A stretch of DNA of 64,000 nt from Octopus sinensis (lineage: Eukaryota), in assembly GCF_006345805.1 (NCBI RefSeq), contig NC_043017.1, positions 310,001 to 374,000 on the forward strand. The letters run 5' to 3'. Shown piece by piece: positions 49,057 to 63,200 of the stretch (the first letter of the stretch is position 1; each line of letters begins with the position of its first letter). Under the pieces are notes generated by a model, which saw nothing but the letters and a program-made list of their open reading frames with translations, was not told the DNA's origin and did no database searches. The position numbers and the translations under genes are program-made.

Positions 49057-52000
49057 TTACAGATTTATGCTTAAAATAGTGTCGTCTTTCACACTGACCA
49101 TTTTTGCCACTTTTACCCACTTTTTATTAAAACATTCGTTCGACAAAGCCTTCCTCTCTATTCTCATCCTCCTTTTCAAGTGGTACTTGAAAAAGTTGAC
49201 GAGAGACTGACCAGAGAGGAAGGTGTTTGTTTGCAGTCCTTTCAAACGCGTCCACCACACACATTCTTTCGCCATAGCCATCAGCGTAACGAAAACCGTT
49301 TTCCCTTCCCGTTTAAAGGAAGGTGGTGGAACAATATTCACGATAGACTCGGCCGATAGGCGAGCCTGACCTACACGTGACAACAGCTGTTCGACGAAGG
49401 ACACTGCACGAGTGCGTGCAGAACGGTTTCGTCGCTCTGACCGCATCTCGGGCAGGTCGGTCCGGTGATGGTTTTCGAACCGTGTCTGTAGCTCTTCTCT
49501 CGAACAGGTAGTGCGTCTCGATAGCACTGCCAAGCCAGGGATTTCTGGAAGTTATCCATAGGCCCCGGCCCGAATGTCGTCCTGAACAGGCGGGTTAGGA
49601 ATTCCTCGTCGACGCCCAGGTTTGCCCCGAGTGTGTCGTCGGACCTCCCCTCCACTAGTCCTCTATAGAACGCTTTAGTCGTTTGGAAGTTGCACAAGTT
49701 TGACCCCGGTCGGCAGAGCTGCTGTAGAGCTTGGCGACACTCGGTGCCAATCGCCCAGTTTCGGTCTCTTTTTGATCCACGTTTGCAGTTCGGTCAGTGA
49801 GACGAGCTGCGGGAAGTCGCGCCTCACAAACGGCGCCCACACCTGTTCACCGTCGTCGATGAATTTCCAGAGATGTCGCAGTCTCAGCGCATGCCTGCGC
49901 ATCATCAACCACGGCATGCCCAGTCCTCCATTCAACGGATGTTGACAGCAAATGGACTTCCTCACCATCGGAACGCCACCTTTCCACAGGAAGCGGAAGA
50001 GTATGCGTTCCAGTTTGGTGATGGTGACGTCGGGACAAGGTACGACGGTCAGGCGGTAATCGATGACGGATGCGATGTACGCGTTCGCCACCTCCGCCCG
50101 GCCTTTTAGAGACAGCTTTCTCTCGGCCCATGTTTGGCTGAGAGCGACCACTCTACTCGTGATCTCGTCCCAGTTCTTATCCATTTGGAGGTCCGGACTG
50201 AACCAAACCCCGAGCAATTTAACCGGTCCGTCCGTCCAGCGTCCCACTACTGAGCCGCAGTCGGACGGCATGGGCTTGCTTCTCCAGGTGCCGAGTAGCA
50301 AACCCACTGACTTTTCCGGGTTAATCTTTGCTCCCGTCACCGTTTCATATTTTCTTAGTGTCTCGCCGACCAGCTCGATGTGCTGGTAGCTCGACACTAT
50401 GACGGTGACATCGTCCGCATATGCCGACACGCTCGTCTCGCAACCCAGTTCCCGTGGGATGCCCCTCAGTGTCGCCAGCTTCCGCAGTAGCAGCTCGAGA
50501 GTCAATACATACAGAAGCGCCGATAGGGGACACCCCTGACGGACCGAACGCGTGATGTCAAACGGTTTCGACAGGTGACCGCTCACCCGAATCACCGATC
50601 GGATGCCGCTATACAAGGCAGCGATCCAACCGCGGAAGACGGGACCGAAGCCAGCCGCCCTGAGGACGGCCGCCAAGTACCGATGGTCGACCCTATCGAA
50701 GGCTTTAGACTGATCCAAATTTATCAGCGCCCCACCCATGCCAGGATCCTTAACTACCCTGTCCACAATGTAGCGCATCAGATGGAGGTTGTCATGTATG
50801 GTTCTGCCCGGCACGGCGCATGTTTGCGCCCTGTCGACCAGTTTACCAATAACAAGCGCCAACCTCTCGGCTATTACTTTGGCCAAAATTTTCAAATCTG
50901 CGTTGAGCAGAGTGATGGGCCTGAAATTATCTATAAAATTCCCCTTGTTTGAGTCTTTCTTCAGCAACGTCACTGCACCTCGGCTCACGAAACCGGGGAT
51001 TCTCCCGTTTTGTTGCCAGTTGCAGTAGACTGATGCCAAGAGGTCGCCAAACAAGTCTGGCATTCGACAATACAGCTCGTAGGGTAAACCATCCAATCCA
51101 GGCGACTTATCCCTCGCGCAGCCCGCCATCGCATCGCACACGTCAGCGGCTGTGATGGGACTTTCACAACACTCTGCTTCTCTTGCCGAGAGCCGCGGCA
51201 GGTCGGTCAGGTAGGCACTGAAATCCATCCCTCGTTCCGACCCACCACTCGCACCAAACAGTCGAGCAAAGTGCTGTTGAAAGGCCTCACACATCCTTTC
51301 GGGTTCGAGTAAACTGCATCCCTGTTGATCTATTAGAGACCGAATGGTTGATCTGTTGCCACGCTGCGCCTCCGCTACCCGGGCCTCTCGCGCAGCTTCA
51401 ATCCCTTCGTTCCTTAAGGCACGCATTTTAGCTCTGACGACGCAACCTTCGTGCTTGGCGTTGAGGTGTTGGTCGAGGGCCATCTTCGCAGCCAGCACGT
51501 TGGTTGCGCTGCCAGTGGTAAGTGCCTCTTCTAGTTTCTTAACTAAGTCTCCCTCTACTCTATTTCGTTCTATCGCTAATTCCTTGCTAAACCTAATTGA
51601 TTCCGATTTTATTGCCATTTTCAGGGCGTACCACCAGCGGTTGTTAACGATCGCTCCCGTCAGCGCCCTCTTAATTAACTCGCTAATCCGGTTCCTGTAA
51701 CCTGTCGCGCTAACAGCGACGTGTTCAGTTTCCAGTAACCGGGACCCTGCCTATGTGTTTTATCTAAGTCGAGCGTACACGTAACAATTTGTGATCTGTG
51801 TAGCTGACTATTTTAAATTGTGGACATCCTACACTATCCCTATCCGCTGTCCTGCATAGAATTCTATCTAGATAAGATCTCGACGATCCGACGCGGTTTG
51901 TCCAAGTCCACGTTGGCACGTTCGGATGGTCGAGTCGGAACCTGTCAGACAAATGGAAACGTCTGAGCAGGTCTTTGAGGCTCTTACACCCCCTTCTATT

Positions 52001-52480
52001 CCTATCCCTTCCCACATAATCTAGATGCGTGTCCAAGGTAGCGTTCCAATCCCCTACTAACAGTAAAGGTCTAGACGTACCCAGGAAAACCTCTAGACGT
52101 CTGAAGAAATCCGCCCGACCCGTTAAGGACGGTGCATAAACTGCCATCAGACGGAATGCAAACCCATTTCTGCCATCCACGTCCAAGACAACCAGCCTAC
52201 CCTCCGGGTCTAGGAATATTGCTCTTACTTTTACCTCTAGACTCTTTCGAAAAAGCACCGCAGTACCTCCACCACCCATGTTCGGCAGACAGGGAGAAAA
52301 ATAAATGTCAAATTGATTGCCAAACATGGACTCGAGGGCCCGCGGCGTACTGAGTCTGGTTTCACTGATAGCTACTATATCCACGTCCAGTGACTTGATG
52401 TCGTTTAGAAGGTAACCTTGCTTCCAAGCCGACGCCAAGCCACGCGCATTCACACAACCTAATTTAAGCATACTTGACAT
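49057..52480 (-). pseudogene. Tx1 element 2 ORF2 (APE + RT + CCHC), frameshifted
   Basis: 51764-52480 APE; 49675-51618 RT (SVRQGCPLS, AYADDVT); 49371-49697 CPRC..SDETVLHAL; 49057-49533 C-terminus. Confidence 0.92.
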
Positions 52481-52537
52481 TTACGAAAATTGTGTTTTAC
52501 ACACTATATTAGAAGAGACAAGAGGCAAGAAGTGAGG

Positions 52538-54358
52538 TCACTTACTCATTTTAAAAGTTTCATTTTTTTCTTCTTCTTCTTTTGTATCGTTTTTGATGAG
52601 GTGTTTGTATAGTTTTTTCGACAGGTATCGTTGATACCCGCCTACCGCATTCGGAAATATTGTTTTCAGTATGTGGTGTTGTGCTTGTGTTATGTGTAAA
52701 ATTCTGATGTGTTTCTGTGGTGTGCGGATGATTGTTTGTCTTAAAGTCATCTTCACAGACGACCATGTTAGATTTGATGTAGTCCATTAATTCTTTATTG
52801 TCTGTGTCTATTGCAGTTAGTTGTGTGTGTGGTTTTACGGGTTCATTACTTTTTTGATTGTCTAGGGGGATGTTGTCCTGAGTTAGATATCTCCCTGCTT
52901 TAATTCCTTGTTTGGTGGATTTTTTGGATCTTTTTCTTTTACCCCTGTGGCTATTTGCCATTCCGTCGAACTTTCGTCGTCCGAGGTAGTATGGTTGGGG
53001 TAGAGGAAAAGAACAGGATCACTATGTATGCTTGTATAAATTGTTGATGTTTTGTGCGGTGTTTGTGTTGTTGTGGTGTTAGGGGTAGCATTTGTCTTCT
53101 CGTCAGTGTTTCTGTCTTTTTAATTGTCGTCCTGGGTGTGGGTGTGGGTCGATTTTTTGAAGATTCAACAAGTTTAATGGTTGTGACGTCAACGGTGATT
53201 GTGTTGGTACTGTTTTTCTTGGTGATGTTGTTGGGGTTTGTTTGCTGGTTTGTTGTTTTTCTTGGCGTTGTTCCATAATTGAGTGTGTTGGTGTTGGTGT
53301 TGGAAACAAAGGGATTTTATTGTTTTCTGAATTGTTCTTTCTTGTTTTTTCTGTACCAGATCGCACTTGGCAATCAAATGTTCGGGGCTGCACATTTGTA
53401 GCATCTAGGCTTTTTGCCTTCTGCCATAACATATAGGAATTGCCCATTCTCCAAGTATATCTTGTCGGGTAGGCTCTCGATAGAGGCCCCCTCAATCTGG
53501 ATGGTCACTACTACTGTTTTTCCACCCCAATTGTCGTTTAGGTACACGGCTGTTTCTAGAATATTGATCTTTTTCAAGTGGTAACAGATTGCCCCTGTTA
53601 TCCATTTGTTCGGCATATCGGAGGGTACATTTCTGATAGTAATTCTACTCACCCTCTGGTTTTTATAATAAGGGACCATGATGATTTCATCATTTCCCAG
53701 AGACTCAGTAGAGTGAGCTTTTGCCACTTCCTGGTTAGGGAAGCGGACCACTACTGTGTTAAACTGGGGACCCCAGTTTATATACTCTTTTTCTTTCATT
53801 ATGTTTTTTAAACATTTCTCCACATCAGTTTTTGTAATCTGTTCATTTGGTTTTTTGTTTTTTCTAATAATTTTATATACAATTGTCTTATTTTCTATTT
53901 CTTGTTTTATATGTTGAGGTGTATGCAGGACTAAATCTTGTCCAAGGGTTGTAAAGAGAGCTCTTGTTTCTATGAGCTCTTCATTTGTGAATGTAACAAT
54001 CTCCTTTTTCTGGCGAAGAATATCTGCGAAATTTACTGTTGTTGACTTTTTTGTATTAGCATCTTCACTATTAGATAGTTCATTTTTATTGTTGTTCTTG
54101 TTGTTGCTGTTGTTTTTGTCAATAGTTTTCGTTTCAGTTTTATTTTTATCATTTATGTTGGTCGTGGTAGTGGTGGTGGTGGTGGTGGAGGTGGTGGTGG
54201 TAGCAGTTGTTGTCTCTGGTTGCAGCGTTCATTTCACCGAATTTTACGTTGGCATTTTCCGTGCGAACGTTCTTTTTTTTCTCTGTCGTTTCCAGACTAG
54301 GAAAATGTTGTTCCATAAAAGAACGCGACCAGCGTTCAACAATAAAATTTCTAGACAT
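52538..54358 (-). pseudogene. Tx1 element 2 ORF1, fragmented
   Basis: 53374-53823 ends in KKPRCYKC (knuckle start) and parallels the layout of element 1 ORF1. Confidence 0.65.
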
Positions 54359-54572
54359 TTTCTAATGTCGAGAAGAAAATAACAGAAATGAAATGGGGTC
54401 GAAACTGCCCCTAGGGGCGAATTCCTCCCTTGGAAAAGCACTCAAATGAAAGTTGGTTGCCTTACACACCTTATTTGCAAAAATCTACACAAAAATTGGC
54501 CTATAAATAGTCAAAATAAATGATTACCTTCGGAGCTGAAACGACATCACATCCGTCAATAGATAAATAGAT

Positions 54573-54683
<111 letters not shown>

Positions 54684-54799
54684 CACATACATTCACACAG
54701 ATATACATATATATAAGCATATTAGTATTAGATACATACATTCTCACACATACATACATATATATGTACACATACAACTATATATATATATATATTATA

Positions 54800-54862
<63 letters not shown>

Positions 54863-55001
54863 TATACATATAACGAAGCAAAGCAGTCGTTAGAGTCTTT
54901 CTTGGTGCCTTTTGATTTTTTTTTCTCCATTCATGAAGATATCTCAACATTCAACAACATCTTGTTCACTTGAAAAATAGCCTACATATCTGTTAATATT
55001 C

Positions 55002-55375
55002 GTTTTTGTATCTGGTTTGCAAGATTATTTATGTGAATTCGTGTGTTAAAGCAAATTTTGCTGTGTCTGGGAAGAGTCATTCTGTTTTAATGCCTTATTC
55101 ATTAACACACTCACTGGTTCGATTTCCTCTTATTTACTTATTATTTTTTTCTAAAATTTTCGTTGCTTCTGGCAACCTCTTCAATAGTTGTTGACTCCAT
55201 TATCGGAGCTAGATAACGGATAGAGTCAATAACTGTCCGTAATCGCTGTTCCGATAACGGACAGAGTCAACAAGTATTGAAGAGGTTGTAAGAAGCAACG
55301 AAAAATTTAGAAAGAAAGAAAAAAAAGTAAATGAATGGAAATCGAACCGGTGAGTGAGTTAATTAATGAGGTAAC
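55002..55375. mobile_element. Fold-back element with minimal hammerhead-like motifs, flanked by a 14-bp direct repeat
   Basis: Arms ~55094-55207 and 55250-55371. ATCTGTTAATATTC at 54988-55001 and 55376-55389. cua-UUGAAGA-G-GUUGC..GCAAC-GAAAAUUU|uag at 55151-55187 (-). Confidence 0.6.
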
Positions 55376-55604
55376 ATCTGTTAATATTCCGGTTTTAATA
55401 TATATTTAAAACTAAACTGTGATTTCTCAAGCTTCTTTTAATATTGAAATTTCTGCGACACGACTCAATCACGAAATCAAATTATATTCACTTCGACATA
55501 ATCATCGTGTCCTCGAGACTGCTTTTTAAACACCTCTATACTACAAACATAACTGGGTCTCTAGATATTTGGAACACTACATACTAACATTTCTCTTCTT
55601 TCTT

Positions 55605-55841
55605 TTACTTATTTCTTATTTCTTTATTGCCCACAAGGGGCTAAACATAGAGGGGACAAACAAGGACAGACAAACGGATCAAGTCAATTATATCGACCCC
55701 GGTGCGTAAATGGTACTTATTTAATCGACCCCGAAAAGATGAAAGGCAAAGTCGACCTCGGCGGAATTTGAACTCAGAACGTGGACGACATGCCGCTAAG
55801 AATTTTCTCTTGCCTTCAAACAATTCTGCCAGCTCGCCATC

Positions 55842-55842
<1 letters not shown>
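55605..55842 (-). mobile_element. SINE family B, monomer ending in the Tx1-like tail a
   Basis: ...TTTGTCTGTCCTTGTTTGTCCCCTCTATGTTTAGCCCCTTGTGGGCAATAAAGAAATAAGAAATAAG. Confidence 0.8.
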
Positions 55843-55907
<65 letters not shown>

Positions 55908-57411
55908 CGATGATGATGATGATGGTGATAATGATCCTTTCAACTGGAATCGTAAGGCCTCAAATTTGGGGAAAGTGATTAAGTCGATTATATCGATCCC
56001 AGTGCGTAGCTGATACTTATTTAATTGACCCTGATGATAGGGCAGAGGGCAGCAGGTCCCTATTGGGTTGTGTAGTAGTGGCGTTATCACGTGACTTCCT
56101 GCCAGGAATTCCAAAAGGAACCTAAGCTAATGACACCTATAATTTGCCTTAAATTGTCCTTACTTTGGACCAACCAAAGTTAAAAACATCGAACTATTGG
56201 TAGATATTGGTAGCGTTAACCATTTTGAAGATTTGCTGCTTGGTACTTTAGCAAAGAATTTCTTGAGAAACGTAAATTTCTTTCCGACAGAAATGGCTCT
56301 TGAAAACGTAATGGTTAATTGTAACAAATGAAAATATTCTTCAACCTGCAACATCCTTAACTAAAACAAAAGTGGCTGTGAGTAAGAAACAAAACAAAAC
56401 AATCCCCTGCTCCCACCAAAAAAAATAAATAAATAAATAAAACCAAAGAAAAAGCAAGAACAAAACTGAGTTACGAGCGCCAAATCAGTACCTGTTGTAG
56501 GTACTTCCAGAGGTTAGTTATAATTATGCATTTAAACCAAATTGATGCTAATAGGGATTAGGAATAATAATAAAAAAAGCTCATTGTCCTGCAGAGTCCT
56601 AAAATCCATTAAAACCCTCAATTCTATTCCCCAAGTACCGCTACACAAACATCAGTTACAAAAAAGTACTCTCCACTAATAAATTAGCCGCGTAATTTAT
56701 ATCAACTTATATTTATGGAACGAGGCAAGATTGATGATTAAGATAATTATGTTATACATCATCGAGACTGTTATTCTTACTGGGTTTACCAAAGGCACAG
56801 AATGCAATTCCACACAAAATTCCACACACACACACGAACAGATGTGGCTTATCGATTTATAGAACACCTTAGCCTTGTCCTGTAAATAATTAAATCTCAC
56901 AGTTAGATTCCTCTATTTTGAGGAATTCTGTTTTGTTAATGGTTAATTTTACATAGGGTACACAAGAATTGGAAATTTACCATAATCTATATATTTTATG
57001 ACTTTACTGGTAAAATACAAAAACCCAAAAAAGAAAAAATCATGTTGTATAACTCGATTCTCAACGGAATTTCATTTGTATAAAAGAACTGCTTGGGCTG
57101 TGATAGGTATAAATCTAATAAGATATAAGCGAATGTTCGTCGCAACTTTCAATATAGTTTTTTTTTTATCATTGCACATATTTGCAAGTATCATCTGGGT
57201 ACTCTGGTTTTACACAAATTATAAGAATGATTTCATTTATTTCATTGGGTGTTTTATCTCATCACACACCGGTTTCAACTCATTTTAAAAATCATTTTAT
57301 GTATTAAAAGATCAAGAATTTAAAAATATATTTTTAAGTTTAATGACAAATGGAATAAAATTGTTGTTTCACAATTTCTCAACTTTGTTGTATTTTCCTA
57401 TTTAATATGCT

Positions 57412-57457
<46 letters not shown>

Positions 57458-57493
57458 GTGTGTGTGTGTGCGTGTGTGTGTGTGTATACGCAC

Positions 57494-57526
<33 letters not shown>

Positions 57527-57777
57527 CACTACTATCCAAATGTTTAAGATCATCTACAAAAATCTATTACAAGCGGAGTAGCAAAGTATTACCAGTGAAT
57601 ATTTGCTTTCATTTCGATGAGCCTAAGATTTAGAGAGTTCTGATTTTTCAGTTTAGTTGCTGAGTTAATTATGTTATCCAATGAATGTAACTAGAGATTA
57701 ATAAAATATTTCATCAGAATCTCTCTCTTATTTCCATTTTGCATATGTTGTTTTCCAAAACCTTTTGGATAGTAGAG

Positions 57778-58582
57778 TACATACATACATGCATACATAC
57801 ATACATGTATACATACATACATACATACATGTATACATACATACATACATACATACATACATACATGCATACATACATACATGCATACATACATACATAC
57901 ATACATACATACGTACATACATACATACATACATACATACATACGTACGTACATACATACATACATACGTACATACATACATACATACATACATACATAC
58001 ATACATACATACATACATACACACATACATACATGCATACATACATACATACATACACACATACATACATACATACATACATACATGCATACATGCATAC
58101 ATACATACATACATACATACATGCATACATACATACATACATACATACATACATACATACGTACATACATACACACATACATACATACATACATACATAC
58201 ATACATACATGCATACATACATACATACATACATGCATGCATACATGCATGCATACATACATACATACATACATACACACATACATACATACATACATAC
58301 ATACATACATACATACATACATACATGCATACATACATACATACATACATACATGCATACATGCATACATACATACATACATACATACATACATACATAC
58401 ATACATACATACATACGTACGTACATACATACATACATACATACATACGTACGTACATACATACATACATACATACATACATACATACATACATACATAC
58501 ATACATACATACATACATGCATACATACATACATACATACATACATACATGCATACATACAAACATACATACATACATATAT
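57778..58582. repeat. ~800-bp (CATA)n tetranucleotide array with CATG/CGTA/CACA variants
   Basis: Directly visible. Confidence 0.97.
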
Positions 58583-59135
58583 ATAATGAGTAGAGATGGT
58601 TGTTTTTATAATATTTACAGTGAGTTACTCTGGTATGAGTTTCGAGCTTCAAAAAGCCGTTTTCAGACTGCAAAATGTATGTTTTACTGGATGCTTAAAT
58701 AGAAAAAAAATTAAATAGCAAAAAAAAATACTAAAAAATTCAAAAGCACGTATGTAGAAGAAGACGAAGAAGAAGGAGAAGAAGAAGAAGAAGAAGAAGA
58801 AGAAGAAGAAGAAGAAGAAGAAGAAGAAGAAGAAGAAGAAGAAGAAGAAGAAAAAGAAAAGGGGGAAAATGAAATAAAACTAAAAGTAAAAATAACTATA
58901 AAAATAAAGATAAGACTGATAGTAATTGAGAAGAGAGGAGGAAGGAGAGTTAAATACATCAAGAATAAAGAAATGGAATATTTTGGAGTGGTCACTATTG
59001 TTGTGATGACCAGTGGAGTGCCTACTGATTCTAGACCACCTATTTATTCAGTTCTCACACATGGTATGGTGTACATACATACATACATACATACATACAT
59101 ACATACATACATACATACATACATACATACGTACA

Positions 59136-59171
<36 letters not shown>

Positions 59172-59998
59172 TATATATGTATGTATACACATACACACAC
59201 ATACATATATACATATACACTCACACCTCACTACTACGGATCTCCCTTTCAAAGATTTCGCAAGCAGCGGAGAAAATCATGGCGTTTCAACAACACCTCT
59301 TCACTGTGTCTGGTAAGTCTGATTTTAAATTAAAAATGTTGAATTTACTGTACTACAGTGTATATTTACAATGTACAGGTATTTTTCACTGTCAGATTGG
59401 ATAGTGTATTTGATTAAAAGTACAGTACTCTATTTATTCCGCTGTCTTTCGTGATGTAATTCTTAATATCAGCCATTCCCAAGGTAATCTATGTATGTAT
59501 TGTTACGAGGGGGACCTCCGTCGAACGACATCTGTTACGGAATCCCTCACACAGGCCCGTTCGATCACATACATTGCTTTCAAATTTTGGCATAAGACCA
59601 GCAAGTTATGGCGAGTGGGGCGTAAATTGATTACATCGACACCAGTAGTCGGCTGGTACTTACTTTATCGATCCCCAAAAAGGTTGAAAGGCAAATCAAT
59701 TAGAGTTTAGAAAAATTAAAAGAAAAGTTTTTTTGCAAGAATATTTGCATAGTATTCAAATACAAGGGGCATTTTCCTTGTTTCTGCCTGTCTCTGTCTC
59801 TCTTGTTTACTCTAGTGGCTTCGAGGTCGTTGCGAATTCTTGGCAGGGAAGAAAAAGAACAAGGAGGAGGAGATGAAGAGTGTGGGAGTGCCATGATAGA
59901 CGTAGGATGTTAAATGGTCAAGTGCTCTGAAAGTGGTTTGTGTGTGTGTGTATATATATATATATCTATATATATATATATACACACACACACAAACC

Positions 59999-60048
<50 letters not shown>

Positions 60049-60289
60049 ATATATTTATTATATAGAAGGAGCTTCTACAGGACTAGAACTGTTTCATTCA
60101 AGAGAAATCTTCAGGAAGCTAGTTAACAAGAATTGTATTGGCATTTATACATTTAGGCAGGTTTAAAGGGGTGGTGGTGGGGGACTTTTTGGGGGTAGGC
60201 ATAGCGCAAAATATCATACTTGGGGGAGTGGTCAAGGAGTCAGTGGTAAATTAGATAAAAGAATAAATAAAAAAATAAAAAAATATATT

Positions 60290-63200
60290 GAAAGAAGTCA
60301 CCCCCACCTGGTGGACGCCCGGGAGGAGGTTTTGAATGAGAAACCTGCCCGGGAAGTGAACCCAGGTGCAAGTTCTCCAACCGGCAGCAAGGGCCATGGA
60401 GACGGAGAACCCGGTGAAGAGGTAGAGGGAGGAAGAAGAACTAAAAGAAGGACTGGAAGAGCTAAAGGAAAAGAAAAAGCTCAAGCAGGACCAAAGAGTG
60501 AAACAACCAGAAATAGAAGTGGAACCGCAAAGGATGGAACCAAACAGCGCACACGGGTGTGTATGTTCTACCTGAGAGGTTCCTGCTGGCATGGAAAGGA
60601 AGGTGCAGGCTGCCGCTTTGCACATCGGGGACCCTGCCACAGAGACACGAGGCAGATGGACAAACCATCAACACAAAGAAAAGGGATGGACCACGCACCA
60701 CCTGCCCCAAAGCGGAGGTACGCAGATGTTGTGCGCGCCACAAACAGCCAACATGATGTTGACGAAAGAGCAGCTGCTGAGCAACAATCTTTTTTGTGCA
60801 TGGCACAAAAGATTGTACAGCAGCTGACCTGGCTTCATCAAACCCAAGCCCGCAGGTGGGACTACCCACTATATACCAGACAAACAGCAAACAGACACAG
60901 GATGGACACCGCCGGCAACAACGTACACCTCACCTCGATACTCCTACTGAACATCAGAGGACTGCAAACACTCAGTAACAGGACAAAGATCCCGTCCTGA
61001 GAGACTTTGTTGCATGCAATCAAGCCTTATGCATAGCACTTACAAAACGCACCTGAAACCGGACATAGCAGATGCGGAGTTACACATACCACAGTATGCT
61101 GTACTACGGACCGACAGGAAAGAAAGGAGTCATGGAGGTGTTGCTATGTACATCCGTGAGGACCTCACACCCCAGGTCCTCTTGTCATACTCAAACTCGG
61201 TGTGTGACACACTAATTGTACATATTAGGCAATTGATGTAGTTGTGTGTGCTACATATCGCCCTCCAGATGCCCCAAGCCATGTGGACAAGTTTGAAGAC
61301 TGCCTTATAAAAATAGAAGAAATTCTAACCACATTAGAACAACACATAGGTGTGCTTCTTATGGGAGACTTCAATCTGCCCAATGTCAGATGGCCCGAGG
61401 GCCTTTCTCTCCCAGGAATGACAAGATGTGAACGAGGACAGGCGAGGTCCCTCCTGAACCTCATCAACACCCTGTACATGGAGCAGGTAATACTCCAACC
61501 AACCAGGGCAGGTAACACACTGGATCTCTGCTTCACAAATGACATGGATCTCATCCATAATGTGAAAGTGACACCGACACTACTCTCGGATCACAACATG
61601 ATAGAGCTGACCATGTACGGGCCAAAAGAGAGCACGGACATGCAGCCTACAAGAAACCCTCAAAATCTTTCCAGCTTGAACTACCATAAGGCAAACTGGA
61701 AACAAATTGAGAAAGAGATCCTCAAACAAAACTGGCCTAAATGTCTCTCCTCGCCAGACATCGACGTGAAACTTCAACAATTCATGTCTGTAATGCAAGC
61801 CATATGCTACAAATGTGTCCCAGAGAGAAAGGCCACTGTACACAAGAACAAAATCCCCAGAGAGAGGAAATTTAATGAGACGGCGTACGAAATTTTCAAA
61901 TCGCCTAAACAAACAGATTGAAAGCAGTGAAAAGTCCCGCCTAAAAATAAAACTGTTGGAAATCGAAAAATGTCTGCAACTCTCCCATGAAAAAGAAAGA
62001 GCAGACAAAGAAGCCTGGGCTATAGAAAACATAAAATCTAACCCCAGAGCTTTCTACAGGTATGCCAAAGAAACAGCTACAGTGCACTGTAGAATAGGGC
62101 CACTCCTTGAAAAGGATGGCACACTTACAGGAAAACCAATGAGGGTAAGTGAAATACTGAATGAGCAATTCAAGAGTTTTCACTCCACCCCTTGGGCATC
62201 TCCAAATCACCAATCCAACTGACTTTTTTACCACTGCAGATATAAAATCAGAGGCGGCGACGATAGATTACATCGATATAAGGAAGACGATGTAACCAGG
62301 CTATAGATGAAATGAAAACAGACTCAGCTACTGGCCCCGATGGATTCCCGGCAATCCTCCTCTAAAAGCATGTAAGAGAGTCCTAGCAAGACCACTGCAG
62401 TTCCTCTTTCAGAGCTTCCTTGCAGCTGGCAAACTTCCAGGAAAACTGAAGGAAGGTAAAATATGCCCCATTCATAAGGAGGTAGCAGAGCGGAAGCCAA
62501 GAACTATAGACCTATCTCTCTGACCTCACACATCAGCAAGGTCATGGAACGAATAGTCAGAAGGAAGCTGATCACCTTCCTTGAAGAGAATGACTTGCTG
62601 CCCGACACCCAACATGGTTTCCGACCAGGGAGAAGCTGTTTAACTCAGCTCCTACAACACTATGACTGGGTGCTGAAACGGCTGCTCAACCACTCAAATG
62701 TGGAAGTGATATATCTCGACTTTGCAAAGGCCTTTGATAAAGTCGATCATGGAATGATATGTCACAAACTGCGTGATCTCAACATAGTTGGAAAACTGGG
62801 AGAATGGCTTCATGACTTTCTGAAGGATAGAAGTCAGGTGGTAGTAGCCAATGGGGCCACCTCCATTAACACACAAATAGTGAGCGGTGTTCCGCAGGGC
62901 ACTGTTCTGGGACCACTACTGTTCATAATGGCCCTCTCAGACATGCCCTTAGCCACGCAGAGAGCCACGATCACAAGTTATGCAGATGATACAAAAGTTT
63001 CACAGGCAATACAGAACCCTGAGGACACTAAACACCTGCAATGTGAGCTGGACGAAATATACAAGTGGGCTGAAAAGAATAGCATGCAGTTCAATGCTGG
63101 AAAGTTTCAAGCTTTATACTATCAGCATGCAAAACTGAATGCAATACCCAATGAATACACTGGACCGGAGGGATTGCAATCCCAGAGGCACAATCAGTGC

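Larger units (their letters stand above)
48758..54558 (-). mobile_element. Tx1-clade LINE, apparently full length, decayed (element 2), embedded in (GATA)n
   Basis: Fragmented ORF1, ORF2 APE-RT-ZnF and AATAAA 3' end. (GATA)n at 48730-48757 and from 54559. Confidence 0.9.

Noticed and set aside
56164-56345. Possible minus-strand exon (CAG| ... |GTAAGG)
   Set aside because: The splice signals are plausible but the open frame has no recognisable protein features. The 56700-56880 segment is similarly unsupported.
57691-58702. Six long ORFs (273-319 aa)
   Set aside because: They are translations of the (CATA)n array and not genes.
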